Shown here: piece by piece, positions 61,181-64,000 of the stretch
How the letters are laid out: every line of letters begins with the position of its first letter
Position numbering within the stretch: position 1 is the stretch's first letter
Assembly: GCF_006345805.1 (NCBI RefSeq)
Contig: NC_043006.1
Location: forward strand, 1,674,001-1,738,000
Source of the DNA: Octopus sinensis
Lineage: Eukaryota
Length of the DNA: 64,000 bases
Reading direction: 5' to 3'
Translations under genes and position numbers: made by a program
Notes under the pieces: model-generated
What the model was told of the DNA's origin: nothing
Databases searched by the model: none
What the model saw: only the letters and a program-made list of their open reading frames with translations

Positions 61181-61547
61181 AAATTAGAGATAAAACCACT
61201 ATTAGGCAAATCAAACAGTGAAAATCATAAGCCAATACAATAAATCTAATTTTTCCCTGTAAGTTTGGATTTACTCCCTAATATTATTATATATATATAT
61301 ATTATATATATATATAATATATATATATAATATATATATATATATATTATTTATATTATTATTTGATTGAATGCCATGCATCCATTTCCAGGTAAGTTTA
61401 TCTTAATCTTTTTGATGTGACTCTACCCTATATTGTTCCCTCCCCCTTTTCTCTGTCATCCTTTCTCTAATTCCTTTTTTCTCCTCTTCACCGTTTTCTA
61501 TCTGCCTTTCTCTCTCTCCCTCTTTCTCCTTTACCCTCTCTCATTGC

Positions 61548-61915
61548 TTACACATGACCATCGTCCATCTTTCTTTTCTTTCAGGGATGTCCTAGAGGCC
61601 GGACATATCCTATCTATCTATTGCTCTCTTCTGTCTTTTCTGTTGTCAAAGAAAATATTTCTCCAGTGTTTGCTATTTTACCCGCATTCTGGTCTAATGA
61701 CCCTCCATGTTTATTTTAGTTCAGTTTCCTTGTATATCTCCACAGTCCTGTTTTTGTTCCTCCAAAAATCCCAAATTTTATTTTGGTATTTGAGGGAGCA
61801 ACTGCCTTCAAAGACTCATATTGTGTCATTCAATGCTCGAAATGAGGAGTAGATAGGCTGCTGACAACTGATGAAGGGTCATTCTTTATGTTACTTGTCC
61901 TGTTTTCTATTCGTG
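61548..61915 (+). repeat. Dispersed copy of the 60245-60640 module
   Basis: cacatgaccatcgtccatctttc...gaggagtagata...caactgatgaagggtcattctttatg aligns with 60248-60630. Confidence 0.85.
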
Positions 61916-61984
61916 AACTGAATACCCTAACTACTAAGCCATGTGCCTTCACCACATACACACATACATATCAAAAACATGGAT

Positions 61985-62192
61985 GCAAGGTCTCTTCCAA
62001 GTCATAGGCTCATATGGCTGGTTTTCCAGGTGACACCAACCCATTGCAGGATTGCTCATTTTTGCCAGCTGAGCAATGTGAAATGAAATGTTTTGCTCAA
62101 GAACACAATGCATCACTTGGGCTAGGGATTGAAACCACAACCAAACAATCATGAGTGCAACACACTAACCACTAACCCACGTGCCTCCACTA
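61985..62192 (-). mobile_element. Partial family E-like tRNA-derived SINE
   Basis: ttttgctcaagaacacaa...gggattgaaacc...atcatgagtgcaacacactaaccact. Confidence 0.7.
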
Positions 62193-62204
62193 TATATTGA
62201 CTTT

Positions 62205-62765
62205 ACTTGTTAGTATAGTTATATTGTATATAAAGGGTGCAACACCACACCATAACCAGCTGGTGGAAGATCTGCCTAGGGTTAAACTAGTAGTAACATG
62301 GGACAGCCACTTTGATGTGGCGATTGACTTTACTAATTAGTCCAGTTACTACTTGTTAGTCTAGCTACTGATCTCTTCTTGAGATTTTACGACTGGCTAT
62401 CTTTGCTTGTTGCAAATCTGTGGCCAATGGTCACTTTGTTTACAATATATTGCTGGCTGGAGTGAACCCTGGCGGTCACTCTGGTGACCAAGTACTCATG
62501 ACTGAAGATGAACCAACCAGCTTGAAACTGAGTCAATCTTGCAATCCTGATGTCTGCTAGAGGATGGTAGGGGTTCGTTCCCCCTGCTAGTAATATATGC
62601 TGTATATAAAGGGTAGAGTGCCGCACTCTTAACCAGCTGGAAGATCTGCCTGGGGTTAAACTAGTAGTAATATGGAACAGCCACGTTGATGTGACAATTT
62701 ACTTTAGTTGTTAGTATAGTTACTACTCTGATCTTTTCTTAAGATTTTGCAACTAGCTATTTTGC

Positions 62766-62770
<5 letters not shown>
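62205..62770 (+). repeat. Diverged 376-bp-period direct repeat (about 1.5 units) with a hammerhead-like core at 62502-62534
   Basis: gtatataaagggt...aaccagctgg...gatctgcct.gggttaaactagtagtaa at 62226 and 62602; CTGAAGA...GAAAC(TGA)GTC between them. Confidence 0.75.
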
Positions 62771-62818
<48 letters not shown>

Positions 62819-62824
62819 GCTGTA

Positions 62825-62990
62825 TTGTTGGCACCACATTAAAAACACCCAGCTCACTCTGTAAAGTGGTTGGCATTAGGAAGGGCATCCAGCCAGAGAA
62901 ACCATACCGAAACAGACACCTGGAGCCTGGGCAGCTCTCTGGCTGGCCACCTTCAGTCAAACAATCCAACCCATGCCAACATGGAAAACA
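62825..62990 (+). mobile_element. Family C SINE-like fragment
   Basis: gtggttggcattaggaagggcatccagcc...tccaacccatgccaacatggaaaac. Confidence 0.75.
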
Positions 62991-63415
62991 TCCAAGGTTA
63001 GGTTGGTGGTGGGGTGGGGAGTAAACCATACAACAGATTAGGGCAATCCCACTCGGGACCATTTCACTAGAAATGCCTATTGGCTATTTTAGCTTTCTCT
63101 GTGCAAGGTGCTGGTCATGGCCGGTTGTTTAAAGGCGCTGTTAAGATTTTTTTTTTATCCTGAATAAAAGGCTTTCTTAAAGACCCTTTTCTCACTAAAT
63201 AGACCAAATAGCAGCATTTTGAGAAGAAGGATCTCCTCCATTCAAGGGTTGTCTTCACAGTATTTTAATGCCTCCAGACAAAGTAATGCACTGGGTCCCC
63301 CCCCCTTACATGCACAATTGTACCACACACAGATTAGCATAGGGCTCATAGACCAGTGTGGGACCCCTGAGCTGAGTGTACCTGTGCTTTTAGAGGGCAC
63401 TGCTTCCAAATGGAT

Positions 63416-63640
63416 TACTCTTACTCTTTTCTCTTTTGCTCTTTTACTTGTTTCAGTCATTTGACTGCGGCCATGCTGGAGCACGGCCTTTAGTCGAGCA
63501 AATCGACCCCGGGACTTATTCTTTGTAAGCCCAGTACTTATTCTATCGGGCTCCTTTTGCCGAACTGCTAAGTGACGGGGACATAAACACACCAGCATCA
63601 GTTGTCAAGCGATGCTAGGGGGACAAACACAGACACACAA

Positions 63641-63645
<5 letters not shown>
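63416..63645 (-). mobile_element. Family A SINE 3' half
   Basis: tttcagtcatttgactgcggccatgctggagcac...ggacaaacacagacac. Confidence 0.85.
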
Positions 63646-63675
<30 letters not shown>

Positions 63676-64000
63676 GGCGCAGGAGTGGCTGTGTGGTAAG
63701 TAGCTTGCTTACCAACCACATGGTTCCAGGTTCAGTCCCACTGCATGGCACCTTGGGCAAGTGTCTTCTACTATAGCTTCGGGCTGACCAAAGACTTGTG
63801 ATTTGGTAGACGAAAACTGAAAGAAGACCGTTGTATATATGTATGTATATATATGTATGTGTGTTTGTGTGTCTGTGTTTGTCCCCCTAGCATTGCTTGA
63901 CAACCGATGCTGGTGTGTTTACGTCCCCGTCACTTAGCGGTTCAGCAAAAGAGACCGATAGAATAAGTACTGGGCTTACAAAGAATAAGTCCCAGGGTCG
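63676..64000 (+). mobile_element. Family A SINE, running off the window end
   Basis: ggcgcaggagtggctgtgtggtaagtagc...ggttcagtcccactgc...accttgggcaagtg. Confidence 0.88.

Noticed and set aside
1-64000. Prokaryotic, phage or rRNA features
   Set aside because: No operon-like gene density, rRNA motifs or viral genes were seen; content is typical metazoan repeat DNA.

Overview
Eukaryotic, repeat-saturated, largely non-genic DNA. The SINE families and the dense (TA)n/(CA)n/(TATG)n microsatellites look like an octopus genome (recognition from memory, not a database hit). No host gene can be supported. Main contents: (1) a full-length Penelope-like retroelement (728-7200) with RT + GIY-YIG endonuclease, broken only by three single-base frameshifts in C runs and flanked by two ~198-bp direct repeats (pLTRs) that each carry a minimal hammerhead ribozyme; (2) a ~19.4-kb array of ~294 copies of a 66-bp monomer (21790-41202) that grew inside the internal VNTR of a SINE-like element and shows 23-, 42- and 89-monomer higher-order periods; its minus strand has no stop codon in any frame, which explains the three ~6,500-aa ORFs; (3) at least four further small non-coding modules with distinct hammerhead-like cores (19.3, 20.1/59.8, 43.7 and 62.5 kb; weaker at 41.9 and 44.8 kb), mostly sitting in (TA)n and often with inverted ends; (4) several long fold-back structures (17.2-17.6, 18.3-18.8, 44.2-46.1, 48.3-48.7, 57.3-59.3, 60.0-60.7 kb); (5) many tRNA-derived SINEs, CR1-group LINE 3' fragments, Helitron, mariner, Tigger-, hAT- and piggyBac-type remnants. 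Family labels A-E are my own working labels. All coordinates were read by eye and may be off by a few bases.
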